Of a DNA stretch of 35,401 nucleotides, positions 1 to 9,434 are shown in pieces; within the stretch, counting starts at the first letter, position 1; each line of letters begins with the position of its first letter. The DNA comes from Acidimicrobiales bacterium (GTDB taxonomy: Bacteria > Actinomycetota > Acidimicrobiia > Acidimicrobiales > Bog-793). The stretch lies in contig DASPSK010000325.1 of the NCBI GenBank assembly GCA_035623975.1, forward strand, positions 1 through 35,401, written 5' to 3'. The notes under the pieces are model-generated. The model was not told the origin of the DNA. It saw nothing but the letters and a program-made list of their open reading frames with translations, and ran no database searches. A program made the position numbers and the translations under genes.

Positions 1-167
1 ACCGTCGCTTAGCACTCCTCGGTGCCGGTCGGCGGAGTGCCCTCCGCCCAGATCACACGTTCTTGGGGCATCTTGGCGTACCCGACTCGCACCGCACCCC
101 GAAGGACGCGCTCGCCAGCCCTCGAGTGAGCTACTGCCTGCTTCCACCAGCGGGCAGGTCTCAGTGG

Positions 168-428
168 TCAGACAACTGGCTTTCGCCCCGAAACGATCGC
201 CGATACCGTCTTACGGCCCATTCCGGAAACCTCGGCGATCTGACGGATAGACGCGCCAGTGCGATGTGCGACCCGAATCATGTCGTCTCGGATTAGTGCC
301 TCCTTCGCCGCCCTCTCTGCGCTCAATCCCACGACAGCCAGAGCGGCTCCAACCTCGCCCTCTTCGCCGACTCTGTACTTGTCCATCGCCGCATTGGCCG
401 CGGCGACCTGAGCGTCGCTGTAGCTCAC
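168..428 (-). CDS. small helix-turn-helix domain protein (86 aa)
   Basis: GTG start forms a GTGA overlap with the stop of the upstream ORF (425-428). The C-terminal stretch ASIRQIAEVSGMGRKTVSAIV reads as a classic HTH. No family-level identification is possible by eye. Confidence 0.5.
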   Translation of the reverse strand: MSYSDAQVAAANAAMDKYRVGEEGEVGAALAVVGLSAERAAKEALIRDDMIRVAHRTGASIRQIAEVSGMGRKTVSAIVSGRKPVV

Positions 429-664
429 GACTCCTCCTCCCTCAGCGCGGCGGCAAGTCTGTCCCGGATCGCCATGAGAAGTGGGACCCGAGGGGACACC
501 TCGCCGCGGGCTTCGGCGTCGTTGAGGTGCGCCAGGGTCATGCCCAGGAGCTCCAGCGCCTCGATCCGTTCGAACTCGACTCTGACCACTGGATCGATTG
601 TAACCACTGGTGGCCCATTTCGGACCACCAGCTTCGTTGAAGCGATCCCGACGCTGGAAGGCAA
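425..664 (-). CDS. hypothetical protein (79 aa)
   Basis: TTG-initiated ORF with mostly G/C third positions, coupled by a 4-nt overlap to the HTH gene downstream. No recognisable motif. Confidence 0.35.
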   Translation of the reverse strand: MPSSVGIASTKLVVRNGPPVVTIDPVVRVEFERIEALELLGMTLAHLNDAEARGEVSPRVPLLMAIRDRLAAALREEES

Positions 665-670
665 TCCAAA

Positions 671-769
671 TCAGTAGGCGGTCTCAACCGGTAGACGCAA
701 GGATCGGCTCATCCCCTCGGCTCGCATCTTCCGCGCCAGCCGGCGCTCGGGCAGGGTGAGAATCCCCAT
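671..769 (-). CDS. 32-aa small ORF, possibly the remnant of an HTH protein N-terminus
   Basis: Hand-translated, below the track cutoff: ATG at 769 preceded by GAGGAGG 6 nt upstream, stop TGA at 671-673. The peptide is MGILTLPERRLARKMRAEGMSRSLRLPVETAY. The ERR..RAEGMS pattern resembles the first helix of IS30/resolvase-type HTH domains. Confidence 0.25.
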   Translation of the reverse strand: MGILTLPERRLARKMRAEGMSRSLRLPVETAY

Positions 770-1190
770 GACAGGCCTCCTCGGTCGGTCAGCTCAGAGT
801 GCATGACTCACCGAGGTATTGCGCGGACTGGTTGAGACCGCCGTAGCAAAGCTACGAACGATCGGCTCGGCATCGCCACGAACGACCTGTTCGGGCTAAC
901 TCGGTTGCATTCGAGCAGACCACGTGGACGAAAAGCATCTGATTCTGTGACCGGCGCTGAGCGGCTGCACCCTCGACACCTTGTGAGGATCGCGGCTGGT
1001 TCGAGTCGCCGCTCGTCGTGTAACCCGTCGTTTGGGACGCCCCGGACCTGGACCGCCGGGGTGACAACGCATAACCGTCGATCCGTCGCGGTCACTCGTT
1101 TCGAGCCGATATTCGGTGTGCGGTTCTGTGCACGACCGCAGTTGCGAGTGGCCACATAGCGGACTGGCGGCCAGCGAACTGTCGGAGAGC

Positions 1191-2006
1191 TCACATAGGT
1201 GTCATCGAGTGCGTGCGTGGCACGACCAGCCCGGGCACGACACCAGGATCGACCAGCAGCAGGATGCCGAGGACAAGGAGCAGGGCTGCCGTCCCATAAG
1301 TCGCGACCCTTGGTGCGGGCACCGTCTTTTCCACGGTGATAAGAGCGGCGACGAGCGCCATCCATTCGATGCTCATCACTCCGAGGGCGAACAGAGCTGC
1401 CATCAACGCCCAGCAACACCCGAGGCACCAGAATCCGTTTCGCGCTCCCATGCGAAGAGCACCTGCAGGACCGTCACGCCAGGAACCCAGAAGGAGTCCG
1501 AGCGGACTCCGACACTTGCCGAGGCAGGCCTCCTTGAGAGGAGTTAGCTGGTAGATGGCCGCGGCGATCACGGTCGCCCCTGCCAGATCCTGGCCTGCCC
1601 GATCCCACGTGACACTGCTGCCCGCCGCCCAGCCGATCAGCTTGCCGACCCCGAAGGTCAGCAGACCTGCGACAGCCCAGTCGAGCAGGTATCCGATCGT
1701 GAAGAGGAGGGGCCACGTTGGGGACCGTCGGCGGGTCATGCGCGCATAGAGAGCAACGGTGGGCGCCACAGCGGGCAGCATCATGGCGCCCATCATCACG
1801 ACCCAGACACCGATAAACCATCCGAGGCTGCCGAGCCCGCTCCACGGGCCGGCATACATGCCCCGCATCTCGTTTATCGTCCACCACCAGCCGACTCCGG
1901 CGAAGACGAATAACAGGACCACCAGGCCGAGCCGCGCGCGGGCCGCGGCGTAGGCCGGCGCCAGCCCGGCCCCTCGGCCGCTGCGCTCTGGGGTGAGTAT
2001 GGTCAA
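1191..2006 (-). CDS. DUF2182-family predicted metal-binding integral membrane protein
   Basis: Multi-TM sequence (WWWTINEMRGMYAGPW..., GVWVVMMGAMMLPAVAP) typical of DUF2182. I prefer the in-frame TTG at 2006, 4 nt after the DUF1326 stop. The track start at 2060 would overlap DUF1326 by 50 nt. Confidence 0.7.
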   Translation of the reverse strand: MTILTPERSGRGAGLAPAYAAARARLGLVVLLFVFAGVGWWWTINEMRGMYAGPWSGLGSLGWFIGVWVVMMGAMMLPAVAPTVALYARMTRRRSPTWPLLFTIGYLLDWAVAGLLTFGVGKLIGWAAGSSVTWDRAGQDLAGATVIAAAIYQLTPLKEACLGKCRSPLGLLLGSWRDGPAGALRMGARNGFWCLGCCWALMAALFALGVMSIEWMALVAALITVEKTVPAPRVATYGTAALLLVLGILLLVDPGVVPGLVVPRTHSMTPM

Positions 2007-2010
2007 CTGA

Positions 2011-2613
2011 TCAGGCGGCCCAGGAGAACTCAGCCTTGGAGAGGCCCGTCTTGCCCTCATACGTGATACCGAAGGCCTCGATGCGCGACCGCTTCGCCTC
2101 GGCCATCGTCAGGTCGGAGCCGATCGGGTGGAACATCCCGTCGAAACGGACCGGCTGCCCGGTCTCGATGCCGAAGGGCACGATGTCCTCAATCTCGAAA
2201 TCGATCTTGTCCGCCACCTTGACGCTGTGGCGGAGGCCGTCATCCTGCACCTCGATGGTCGCCCGCTCCACGCCCAGTATCTCGCCCACGAGCGGCGCTA
2301 ACCCGGCCATCGGCCCACCCAGCTGCCCGCTGAACACCTGCACGAGTTTTTCGAACTGGTCGTCGCTCGCACCGTCGTCGATGAACATTCCGAGCCGCCA
2401 GTTACCCTCGGTCATCACCTTCGGAGTATCGGCAATCATCACGACCTTTCGGCCTGCAATATCGGTACCTTCGATGTTCCCCTCACGAATGTTGAAAGCC
2501 AAGCTCACACGACAGAAGTCATAGGTCGCCCCGTGGTCGAACGACAGATTGCACGGGCACATCAACTCGCACGAACACGTCTCGACATAGCTGCCCTTGA
2601 GTTGCCACGCCAT
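2011..2613 (-). CDS. DUF1326-family protein (200 aa)
   Basis: Begins MAWQLKGSYVETCSCELMCPCN, the N-terminal Cys-rich signature of DUF1326. ATG at 2613 has an AAGGGTGG Shine-Dalgarno-like element just upstream. The 21 codons before it in the track ORF are not needed. Confidence 0.8.
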   Translation of the reverse strand: MAWQLKGSYVETCSCELMCPCNLSFDHGATYDFCRVSLAFNIREGNIEGTDIAGRKVVMIADTPKVMTEGNWRLGMFIDDGASDDQFEKLVQVFSGQLGGPMAGLAPLVGEILGVERATIEVQDDGLRHSVKVADKIDFEIEDIVPFGIETGQPVRFDGMFHPIGSDLTMAEAKRSRIEAFGITYEGKTGLSKAEFSWAA

Positions 2614-3144
2614 CGTCGGACCACCCTTCTCGCGCACGGACTTCCCGTGTGTACTCTCCTCGCAAAGACTCGTCAAGCGCGTCCGATCAACGCACCATTA
2701 CACAACGGACGAGCCGCGACTGCAGCCGTTCGCCGCAGTCTGGCATCCAGCACGAAGCGGAGCTCCGGCCCGTTACAGCGCTGGCCAGCCCCAGTAGCCC
2801 CACGGCTGGCTTGCTGGCCACGCCGGTGCCGAATCGAATGGCTCGTCACAGCCCAGCCTGTGAGTCGAGGCGTGACCTTCGCGCCCGATCACGTGATGGG
2901 CGGAACGCACTGCCACGCTGGATAGTGAGCGATCTGTGCTCGCTCCGGCCCCTCTATTGACGAGTTACTGCCAGCTCTTGCTACTGATTGGCTACTGAAC
3001 TCCGGTTACCCACCAAGACTGGAGCGGACTCTGTGGACAAACGCCCTGACCAGAGCACACCAGGCGGACAGCAGATCACGGCCTGGACGAACGGGGATCC
3101 CCCTACGGATCAGAAGGTTGGGGGTTTGAGTCCCTCCGAGCGCG

Positions 3145-5319
3145 CTACTGAACTGCCTCGGCAGCCGATACACCTGCTTGCACCGGACCGCCGATCGGGT
3201 CTTGGAGCGGGAAGTGGCAAGCCGCCTCGTGGCCAGGCCCGAACTGGCGCAGCGGAGGCTCGATCTCGACACAGATCTCCCGGGCGGCTGGACAGCGCGT
3301 GCGAAACCGGCACCCAGACGGAGGCCTCACCGCGCTCGGCAGCTCGCCCGTGACGCCGGCGGCTTTCTTTCCACGTTCTACGGCCGGGTCGGGTTCGGGA
3401 ATGGCGGCGATCAGCCCAGCCGTGTAGTGGTGTGCCGGTCGGTGGTAGATGTCGTCGCCAGGCCCGACCTCCACCAACTTGCCCAGGTACATGACACCGA
3501 TCCGGTTGGCCAGGTACTTCACGACGGCAAGGTCGTGCGAGATGACGATGTACGTGAGCCCGTGGGTTGCTTGGAGGTGTTTCATCAGGTTCAGGACCTG
3601 AGAACGGATCGAGACGTCGAGGGCGCTGACGGGCTCGTCTGCCACGATCAGCTGAGGGCTGAGAGTCAAGGCGCGCGCCAGCCCGATCCTCTGGCGCTGC
3701 CCGCCGGAGAACTCGTGCGGGAATCGCTCGACGGAGTTGGCGGGCAGCCCGACCTCGTGGAGCAGTTCGGCGACGATCTCGTGTTGCCGACGCCGGCTGG
3801 CGGAACGCTGCGTGGACATCGGTTCGCGAAGGATCGCCCCGACCCGCATTCGCGGGTCGAGAGAACCGATCGGATCCTGGAACATCATCTGCAGGTCCCG
3901 CCGGAAGCGCCGCAACCCGACGCCGCTCAGCTGGGCTATGTCGGTACCCCGCAGCAAGGCACGCCCGGAGTTCGGTCGCTCGAGCCCGACGATGATCTTG
4001 CCGAGCGTCGTCTTGCCGCATCCTGACTCGCCGACCAAGCCAAAGGTCTCGCCACGCCCGACCGTGAAGGACACCCCGCTCACGGCCTTCACCGACCCGA
4101 CCCTCCGCTGCAGCACGGCGCCGGCCGTCACCGGGTACTCGAGCACCACGTCTTCGAGCACGAGCAGGCGATCGGAGTCGTCGGCTGCGGCTGCGGCTGC
4201 ACCCTTCGGGGCAGGCCGCAGGGCAGCAGCGAAACCGTAGGCGGCGGTCGACACTGGCCGGTCTGCAGCGCCGTTTTCCCTGCCTTCGACACCGTCCCCC
4301 CCTTCGACAGCGACCGTCGCTTCGCGCCCGTCGGTCGGCCCGTCGACCGGATGCCAGCAGGCGAACAGGTGCATCCCTCCACCTCTGGTCAGAGGCGGCT
4401 CATGCGACCGGCAATCGTCGGCTGCGTACCAGCACCTCGCAGCGAAACGGCACCCCACCGGAGGCTCCGTCAAGTCCACCGGTATCCCCGGGATGCTGTG
4501 CAGCCGCACGTTGCGGTCCTGTGTGACGAGCGGGATCGAACCGAGCAAGCCCTGTGTGTAGGGGTGGTGCATGTGGCGGAAGAGATGGTCCGTGGTCGAG
4601 GACTCCACCAGCCGGCCTGCGTACATCACATTCACCCGGTCGGCTCGGCCGGCGACGACACCCATGTCGTGGGTGATGAGCAGCACCGCCATTCCGAGCC
4701 GCTCCTTCAGATCGTCGAGGAGCCGCAGGATCTGGGCCTGGATCGTGACGTCGAGCGCAGTCGTAGGTTCGTCTGCGATCAGCAGCTTCGGTTCGCACGA
4801 CAGGGCGATGGCGATCATCACTCGCTGCCGCTGGCCACCGGAGAGCTGGTGCGGGTAGTCGCCGAGGCGCTCGCCGGGCCGGGGAAAGCCGACGAGGCCG
4901 AGCACCTCTGTAGCCCGGTCCAAGGCGGCGGCCTTGCTGGCGCCACGGTGCAGGCGGACGGGCTCGGCGATCTGCTCGCCGATCGGCATCGTCGGGTTGA
5001 GTGAGGTCAGCGAGTCCTGGAAGATCATCGCCACCTCGTTGCCGCGCACCCCACGCATCTCGGTCTCACTCAGACCGACGAGATCGCGCCCGTCGAGGCG
5101 GATCGAGCCACCGACGATACGTCCGCCTCCCGGCAAAAGACGCATGATCGAAAGCCCGGTCATCGACTTGCCGCACCCCGACTCGCCGACGAGACCCAGC
5201 GTCTCACCGGGTTCGATCCTGAAGTTGACGTTGCCCACGGCCTGGACGACGCTGCGCGAGAGCTGGATGTGGGTCGAAAGGTCGTCTACCTCCAGCACCG
5301 GCGCCGGCACCGGGGTCAC
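3145..5319 (-). CDS. fused double ABC ATPase of a peptide/nickel-type importer (DppD-DppF-like, about 724 aa)
   Basis: Two complete NBDs are present: GESGCGKS / LSGGQRQR / [11 protein letters not shown] / ITHD, and GESGCGKTT / FSGGQRQR / [11 protein letters not shown] / ISHD. Each is followed by a 4-Cys oligopeptide-type C-terminal segment. GTG at 5319 overlaps the permease stop (GTGA); the alternative ATG is at 5355. The upstream part of the 1051-aa track ORF is out-of-frame read-through of the permease gene. Confidence 0.85.
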   Translation of the reverse strand: MTPVPAPVLEVDDLSTHIQLSRSVVQAVGNVNFRIEPGETLGLVGESGCGKSMTGLSIMRLLPGGGRIVGGSIRLDGRDLVGLSETEMRGVRGNEVAMIFQDSLTSLNPTMPIGEQIAEPVRLHRGASKAAALDRATEVLGLVGFPRPGERLGDYPHQLSGGQRQRVMIAIALSCEPKLLIADEPTTALDVTIQAQILRLLDDLKERLGMAVLLITHDMGVVAGRADRVNVMYAGRLVESSTTDHLFRHMHHPYTQGLLGSIPLVTQDRNVRLHSIPGIPVDLTEPPVGCRFAARCWYAADDCRSHEPPLTRGGGMHLFACWHPVDGPTDGREATVAVEGGDGVEGRENGAADRPVSTAAYGFAAALRPAPKGAAAAAADDSDRLLVLEDVVLEYPVTAGAVLQRRVGSVKAVSGVSFTVGRGETFGLVGESGCGKTTLGKIIVGLERPNSGRALLRGTDIAQLSGVGLRRFRRDLQMMFQDPIGSLDPRMRVGAILREPMSTQRSASRRRQHEIVAELLHEVGLPANSVERFPHEFSGGQRQRIGLARALTLSPQLIVADEPVSALDVSIRSQVLNLMKHLQATHGLTYIVISHDLAVVKYLANRIGVMYLGKLVEVGPGDDIYHRPAHHYTAGLIAAIPEPDPAVERGKKAAGVTGELPSAVRPPSGCRFRTRCPAAREICVEIEPPLRQFGPGHEAACHFPLQDPIGGPVQAGVSAAEAVQ

Positions 5320-6254
5320 CGCCTCCGGAGCCGCACGTCGATGGTGTCGCGCCATGCGTCGCCGATGAAGTTGAACGCCATCACGACGAGCACGAGGCAG
5401 CCCCCAACCGGGTAGACGAGCCACCAGTAACCGTCCTGCAGATAGGTGAGCCCTCCGGACAGCATGTCTCCCCAGTCGACATTGGGGTACGGGAGCCCGA
5501 AGCCGAGAAACCCGAGAAAGGCGAGCAACACGATGGCATCGGCCACCTGGAAGGTGGCATTGACGATGACGACGCTGAGCGAGTTCGGGATGAGGTGCTT
5601 GTAGATAAGCCTGCGCCTCGTCGCTCCCATCGTCCGCGCTGCCAGCACGAAGTCCCGCACCCGCAACGAGAGCACTTCGCCGCGCACGAGCCTTGCCGAG
5701 CCGAGCCAGGAGAAGATCCCGATGATGAGGGACAGCTTGAAGACACTCGGCCCGAAGTGGGCGCTCACGATCAGCACGACGAGAAGAAGGGGCACGGACA
5801 GAAGCACGTCGACGATCCGCATCAAGGCCGCATCCAAAAACCCGCCGACGAGGCCGGCAACGGCACCGACCAGTGTCCCGATCAAGGTGGCGATGACAGA
5901 GGACAGGACGCCAATCTCGAGCGACGATCGGCCGCCTGCCATGATCAGTCCGAGCTCGTCGAGGCCGGCCGCATCCGTGCCTAGCGGGTGGCCGCTGCCG
6001 GGCGGGAGGAGCTGGTTGAAGGTCACCTCTGTGGTGTCGCCGTGGTAGAGAAACGGCCCGAGATAGCAGAACAGCAAGAAGAAGAGCACGATCGCCATAC
6101 CGGCGACGGCGAGCTTGTTCTCGACGAAGGACCGCAAGGCGAGCCGCCATCCCGCACGCGGACCTTGGACCTGGCCGCCTTCGGGGATTTCCGGCCCTGC
6201 CCGTGGCACAACGCCCGGGACCGGGACGGGAGCGGGACCGACCGTGGCGGCCAT
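5316..6254 (-). CDS. ABC transporter permease (DppC/OppC-like)
   Basis: Six-TM binding-protein-dependent permease fold, with an EAA-like region (ARTMGATRRRLIYKHLIPNS). ATG at 6254 lies 2 nt after the stop of the upstream permease. Confidence 0.85.
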   Translation of the reverse strand: MAATVGPAPVPVPGVVPRAGPEIPEGGQVQGPRAGWRLALRSFVENKLAVAGMAIVLFFLLFCYLGPFLYHGDTTEVTFNQLLPPGSGHPLGTDAAGLDELGLIMAGGRSSLEIGVLSSVIATLIGTLVGAVAGLVGGFLDAALMRIVDVLLSVPLLLVVLIVSAHFGPSVFKLSLIIGIFSWLGSARLVRGEVLSLRVRDFVLAARTMGATRRRLIYKHLIPNSLSVVIVNATFQVADAIVLLAFLGFLGFGLPYPNVDWGDMLSGGLTYLQDGYWWLVYPVGGCLVLVVMAFNFIGDAWRDTIDVRLRRR

Positions 6255-6256
6255 TT

Positions 6257-7204
6257 TCAGGCGATCCGTATCCGGGGATCGGCAACGCACAAGGCGACAT
6301 CAGCGATGAGGTTCCCGATCACCGTGAGCACCCCGCCAATCAGCACGAGAGCGATCACGGTCGGGAAGTCCTCGCTGTTGAGCTCGTTCACGAACAGAAG
6401 GCCGAGGCCGTGGAAGTTGAACAGGTACTCCTCTATGACATCGCCGCCTATGAGCGCCGGTATCGAGAGGCCGACAAGGGTGATCATGGCGAGGCTGGCA
6501 TTCCTGAAGAGGTGGCGGCGCAGCACCCCCCGCTCGGAGAGGCCTTTGGCTCGGGCGAGGCGGATGTAGTCCTGCGCGAGGGCGTCCAGCGCCGACGATC
6601 GCATGTAGCGGGAGTAGCCGGCGATGCTCGTCGAGGCAAGCGTGACGATCGGGAGGAACATTGCCCGGATGTCGAGAATATTCTGCCAGATCGATTCCGA
6701 CTGGCTTGCCTCCGCTGGGAACCAGTGCACCTGCAGGGCCAGGAGGCCGATCAGGAGCAGCCCGAGGAAGTTGTCCGGCATCGAGTAGGCGGTGAAGGCC
6801 GCCGCCGTGAGCGACTGGTCGAGGAGCGTGTTACGCCTGACGGCCTGCAGGATGCCCAGCGGGATGGCGAGCACGACGGCGAGGAAGATGGCGATGCCGC
6901 AGAGGTAGGCGGTGCGTGCCCAGTTCTCGCCGAGCAGGGAGTCCACGGTCTGGTTGAGCTTGTACGAGTACCCGAGGTCGCCGTGGACGAGCTGGTTCAA
7001 GTAGGTCACGAACTGGTCCCAGACCGGACGGTCGTACCCGTGCGCCCTGTTCCAGTACGCCACGGCCAGAGCACTTACCTTGTCACCGAGAACAGCCCTG
7101 CCGGGGGAGGGGGCCACCACGTGGATCATGATGAAGGTGAGGAGGGCGATCCCGAGGACAACGATCACCGCGATGAGCATCCTGCGGATTATGTAAGCCG
7201 TCAT
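6257..7204 (-). CDS. ABC transporter permease (DppB/OppB-like)
   Basis: Starts MTAYIIRRMLIAVIVVLGIALLTF, the canonical DppB/OppB N-terminus. Contains an EAA loop (ARAKGLSERGVLRRHLFRNA). Confidence 0.9.
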   Translation of the reverse strand: MTAYIIRRMLIAVIVVLGIALLTFIMIHVVAPSPGRAVLGDKVSALAVAYWNRAHGYDRPVWDQFVTYLNQLVHGDLGYSYKLNQTVDSLLGENWARTAYLCGIAIFLAVVLAIPLGILQAVRRNTLLDQSLTAAAFTAYSMPDNFLGLLLIGLLALQVHWFPAEASQSESIWQNILDIRAMFLPIVTLASTSIAGYSRYMRSSALDALAQDYIRLARAKGLSERGVLRRHLFRNASLAMITLVGLSIPALIGGDVIEEYLFNFHGLGLLFVNELNSEDFPTVIALVLIGGVLTVIGNLIADVALCVADPRIRIA

Positions 7205-7278
7205 CTATAGCTCCCGGCCGACCCAGCACTTGTCGGTCACATCGTCGTCCTCCTCGCCCTGCCCGGTGGGATGGGCGG

Positions 7279-9180
7279 CTAATGCTTGGTGAAGTACCAG
7301 TATTCAGGCATGTACTGGTACTGCGACGATGCCTGGAAACTTGACGCCGGGCCTGCCAGCTTGTTGCTGAACGCCGTGATCAGGTCGGGGTTCGGCTGGA
7401 ACATCCCCGGCAGCTGCTCGGTGAGGAAGCTGATCTCGTTGAGCACTGCGTCCGGGTTGTCCGAATGCAGGGAGTCGTTGACGAGGCTGTCGTAGGTTGG
7501 GTTCGAATAGTCGCCGGTGTTGAACGAGCCCGTCGTGTTGAAGATGCCATCCTGCGTCGGGTAAAGGACGTCGGTGTCACCCCCGTAGTCCTGCATTGCC
7601 CAGAGACCGTCATGGTCCGGGTCGGCGGGATCGGAGAGCTCGCTGATGATGTAGTTGAACGTCTTGGCCTGGAGGTTGATGGATATCCCGATCAGCTTTG
7701 CGGCGGAGGCGATCGCCTCGCACTGAGCTCCGATAACGGCCGGCTGACTGGCGTAGACGAGGTTCCACGTAAGCGGCGTACCGGCGGGAATCCCCGCGCC
7801 GCACTCGTTCGGGCCGGTGCCGGCCTTGGCGCATGTCGTGGTTCCGTCGGGGACAACCTTCCAGCCGTGCGAGCTGAGCAACCGCAAAGCTGTCGAGATG
7901 CTGTAGGGATAAGGGTTCTTGAGGGCGTTGGGCGGAGCGAACGGACTCTTGGGGATGGCCGGCACAGGTCCGTAGGCCGCTCCGGCCGCACCGTCGAACA
8001 TCCCTCGTGCCGAGATGACTCCCTGCTCGTCCTGAAGGTGAGCGAGCGCTTGGCGAATGTAGAGCTGGGAGATGATGTTGTCGAAGTCGCCCGTGCGGTC
8101 CTTGAAGTTGTAGACGATGAAGCTGTTGCCGAAGTCCGGGTAACCCCAGACGTCGTAACCGAGCGACTTGAGCCTCGGGACCTGTTGCAGATCACTGAAA
8201 TCCACGAAACCCACATCCAGGTTCCCGCTCAGCAGCTCGTCGAACTCGGCCTCCGTGGAGGTGAAGGCGACGTCGTCGATCGTCGTGATGTGCGGCTTCA
8301 CCGGTCCGCTGTAGTTGGGATTGGCGACGAGAACGTTCCCATCCGTCGACGGGTCGAAGCTCTTTATCCTGTAGGGACCGTCTACGACCTGCCAGAGCGG
8401 ATCGGAGCCGTAAGTGGAGAGCTCGCTCGACTCGGCGTTGAGGAACTTATAGATCGCCTCGGCGTTGGCGAGGTTCCTGAAATTGATGATCGGGCCGTTG
8501 AGGCGGGTCTTGGACCAGGCGTGAGCGGGCAGTGGGGTGATCGTGGCGAGCTGGTCGAGGAACTGGAAGGTTGGGTTGAACGACTTGCTGAGTGTGATCA
8601 CAGCCGTGGTCGGACTGGGCGTCGCCACCGACACGAGGTCCTGCGGGAACTCCCCAGGCGTGAAGGATCCGTCGTTGTCAGGGCTCAGCACGACCGCCGC
8701 GTAGGCCAGATAGCAGTAGAAGGCAACGTCGGTCGACGTCACCGGCTGCCCGTCCGACCACTTCCAGTTGCTCCGCAGGGTGATGGTCGCCACCTTGTCG
8801 TCGTCGCTGAACTTGGGCGGCGCAGGCGAGATGCTGTCCGGCCAGTCGATCGTCGGTGCGTAGCCGAGAGGTGCCCACCACAGCGACCGCCACATGTAGT
8901 CGACGAGGCCGTCGACGGTCCCGACCGAGTCGTCGGCGGCCGGGACGATCGGGAGGATGTAGGTCGGACCGCCGCCCGGCGACTCGGCAATGGAGAGGGT
9001 GCCACCCATGATCGGCGTACCAGACGATGGCGGCAGAGATCCGTATTGGCCGTTCGACGGTGTCGTGACACCGCCAGCGGGACCGCTCCCAGATTTGGTG
9101 CCCGAGCCGCATGCTGCCAGCACCAACGCCGCTGCCGCCAAGGCTCCGGCTGTGCGAACCCGCGTTGACGTGGCCCTCAT
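7279..9180 (-). CDS. family-5 extracellular solute-binding lipoprotein (peptide/nickel/opine type, 633 aa)
   Basis: Signal peptide with lipobox LVLAAC-GSG. Length and sequence are typical of SBP_bac_5. First gene of a four-gene importer operon, with GAAAGGAGC upstream of the ATG. Confidence 0.9.
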   Translation of the reverse strand: MRATSTRVRTAGALAAAALVLAACGSGTKSGSGPAGGVTTPSNGQYGSLPPSSGTPIMGGTLSIAESPGGGPTYILPIVPAADDSVGTVDGLVDYMWRSLWWAPLGYAPTIDWPDSISPAPPKFSDDDKVATITLRSNWKWSDGQPVTSTDVAFYCYLAYAAVVLSPDNDGSFTPGEFPQDLVSVATPSPTTAVITLSKSFNPTFQFLDQLATITPLPAHAWSKTRLNGPIINFRNLANAEAIYKFLNAESSELSTYGSDPLWQVVDGPYRIKSFDPSTDGNVLVANPNYSGPVKPHITTIDDVAFTSTEAEFDELLSGNLDVGFVDFSDLQQVPRLKSLGYDVWGYPDFGNSFIVYNFKDRTGDFDNIISQLYIRQALAHLQDEQGVISARGMFDGAAGAAYGPVPAIPKSPFAPPNALKNPYPYSISTALRLLSSHGWKVVPDGTTTCAKAGTGPNECGAGIPAGTPLTWNLVYASQPAVIGAQCEAIASAAKLIGISINLQAKTFNYIISELSDPADPDHDGLWAMQDYGGDTDVLYPTQDGIFNTTGSFNTGDYSNPTYDSLVNDSLHSDNPDAVLNEISFLTEQLPGMFQPNPDLITAFSNKLAGPASSFQASSQYQYMPEYWYFTKH

Positions 9181-9359
9181 GCCTCGTAGCTCCTTTCAGG
9201 CGACGCCTGTGTCCCGACCGATGGCCCCATTTTGGCCCCCGCGGGTCAGTTGTGCTGGGCGTCAGTCCGCCGAGCGGAGTTTTCGACCGCTGAGCCGCAC
9301 GCAGGAGGCGGACCGAGCGCCCTGGCGGCATGTCTTCGGATCGACTGGGTCGGGGCAGT

Positions 9360-9379
9360 CACGTCACTTGGCTGACGTG
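9360..9379. promoter_or_regulatory. perfect 7-bp inverted repeat CACGTCA-N6-TGACGTG
   Basis: Read directly from the sequence. It lies between the cNMP-binding gene stop (9435) and the ABC operon start (9180). There is no T-tract, so it looks more like an operator than an intrinsic terminator. Confidence 0.3.
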
Positions 9380-9434
9380 CGTACAAGTGAATCCGACAGT
9401 GGAGACTGCGATCCCTCAGCCGTTGTCCGCGCTG

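Noticed and set aside
950-1000. GCGGC-TGGTTCGAGTC-GCCGC hairpin containing a GGTTCGAGTC word reminiscent of a tRNA T-loop, in the 770-1190 non-coding stretch.
   Set aside because: The pairing register does not give a 5-bp stem with a 7-nt T-loop, and there is no acceptor, D-arm or anticodon arm nearby.
3096-3144. tRNA-like 3' half just beyond the ABC ATPase stop. It has a GATCC/GGATC hairpin, then a GGGGG-TTTGAGT-CCCTC T-arm-like hairpin and a 7-nt acceptor-like tail. I considered a tRNA gene or an att-site remnant.
   Set aside because: The anticodon-like loop has 6 nt and no U33. The T-loop reads TTT instead of TTC. The variable region is too long. No complementary 5' acceptor strand or D-arm exists within 100 nt upstream on either strand. 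At most it is a degraded fragment, so it is not called.
2991-3154. 11-nt direct repeat GCTACTGAACT at 2991-3001 and 3144-3154 flanking the tRNA-like fragment. Considered as a possible target-site duplication or att core.
   Set aside because: Matches of this length are expected by chance in a 35-kb window. The second copy is simply the 3' end of the ATPase coding sequence, and no integrase or IS gene lies between the copies.
3145-6300. 1051-aa track ORF suggesting a giant ATPase.
   Set aside because: The first roughly 315 residues are Arg/Pro/Gly-rich and overlap the DppC-like permease gene out of frame. ABC motifs begin only after 5319/5355.
7465-9168. 567-aa plus-strand ORF.
   Set aside because: It is antisense to the solute-binding lipoprotein gene and has a non-protein-like composition.
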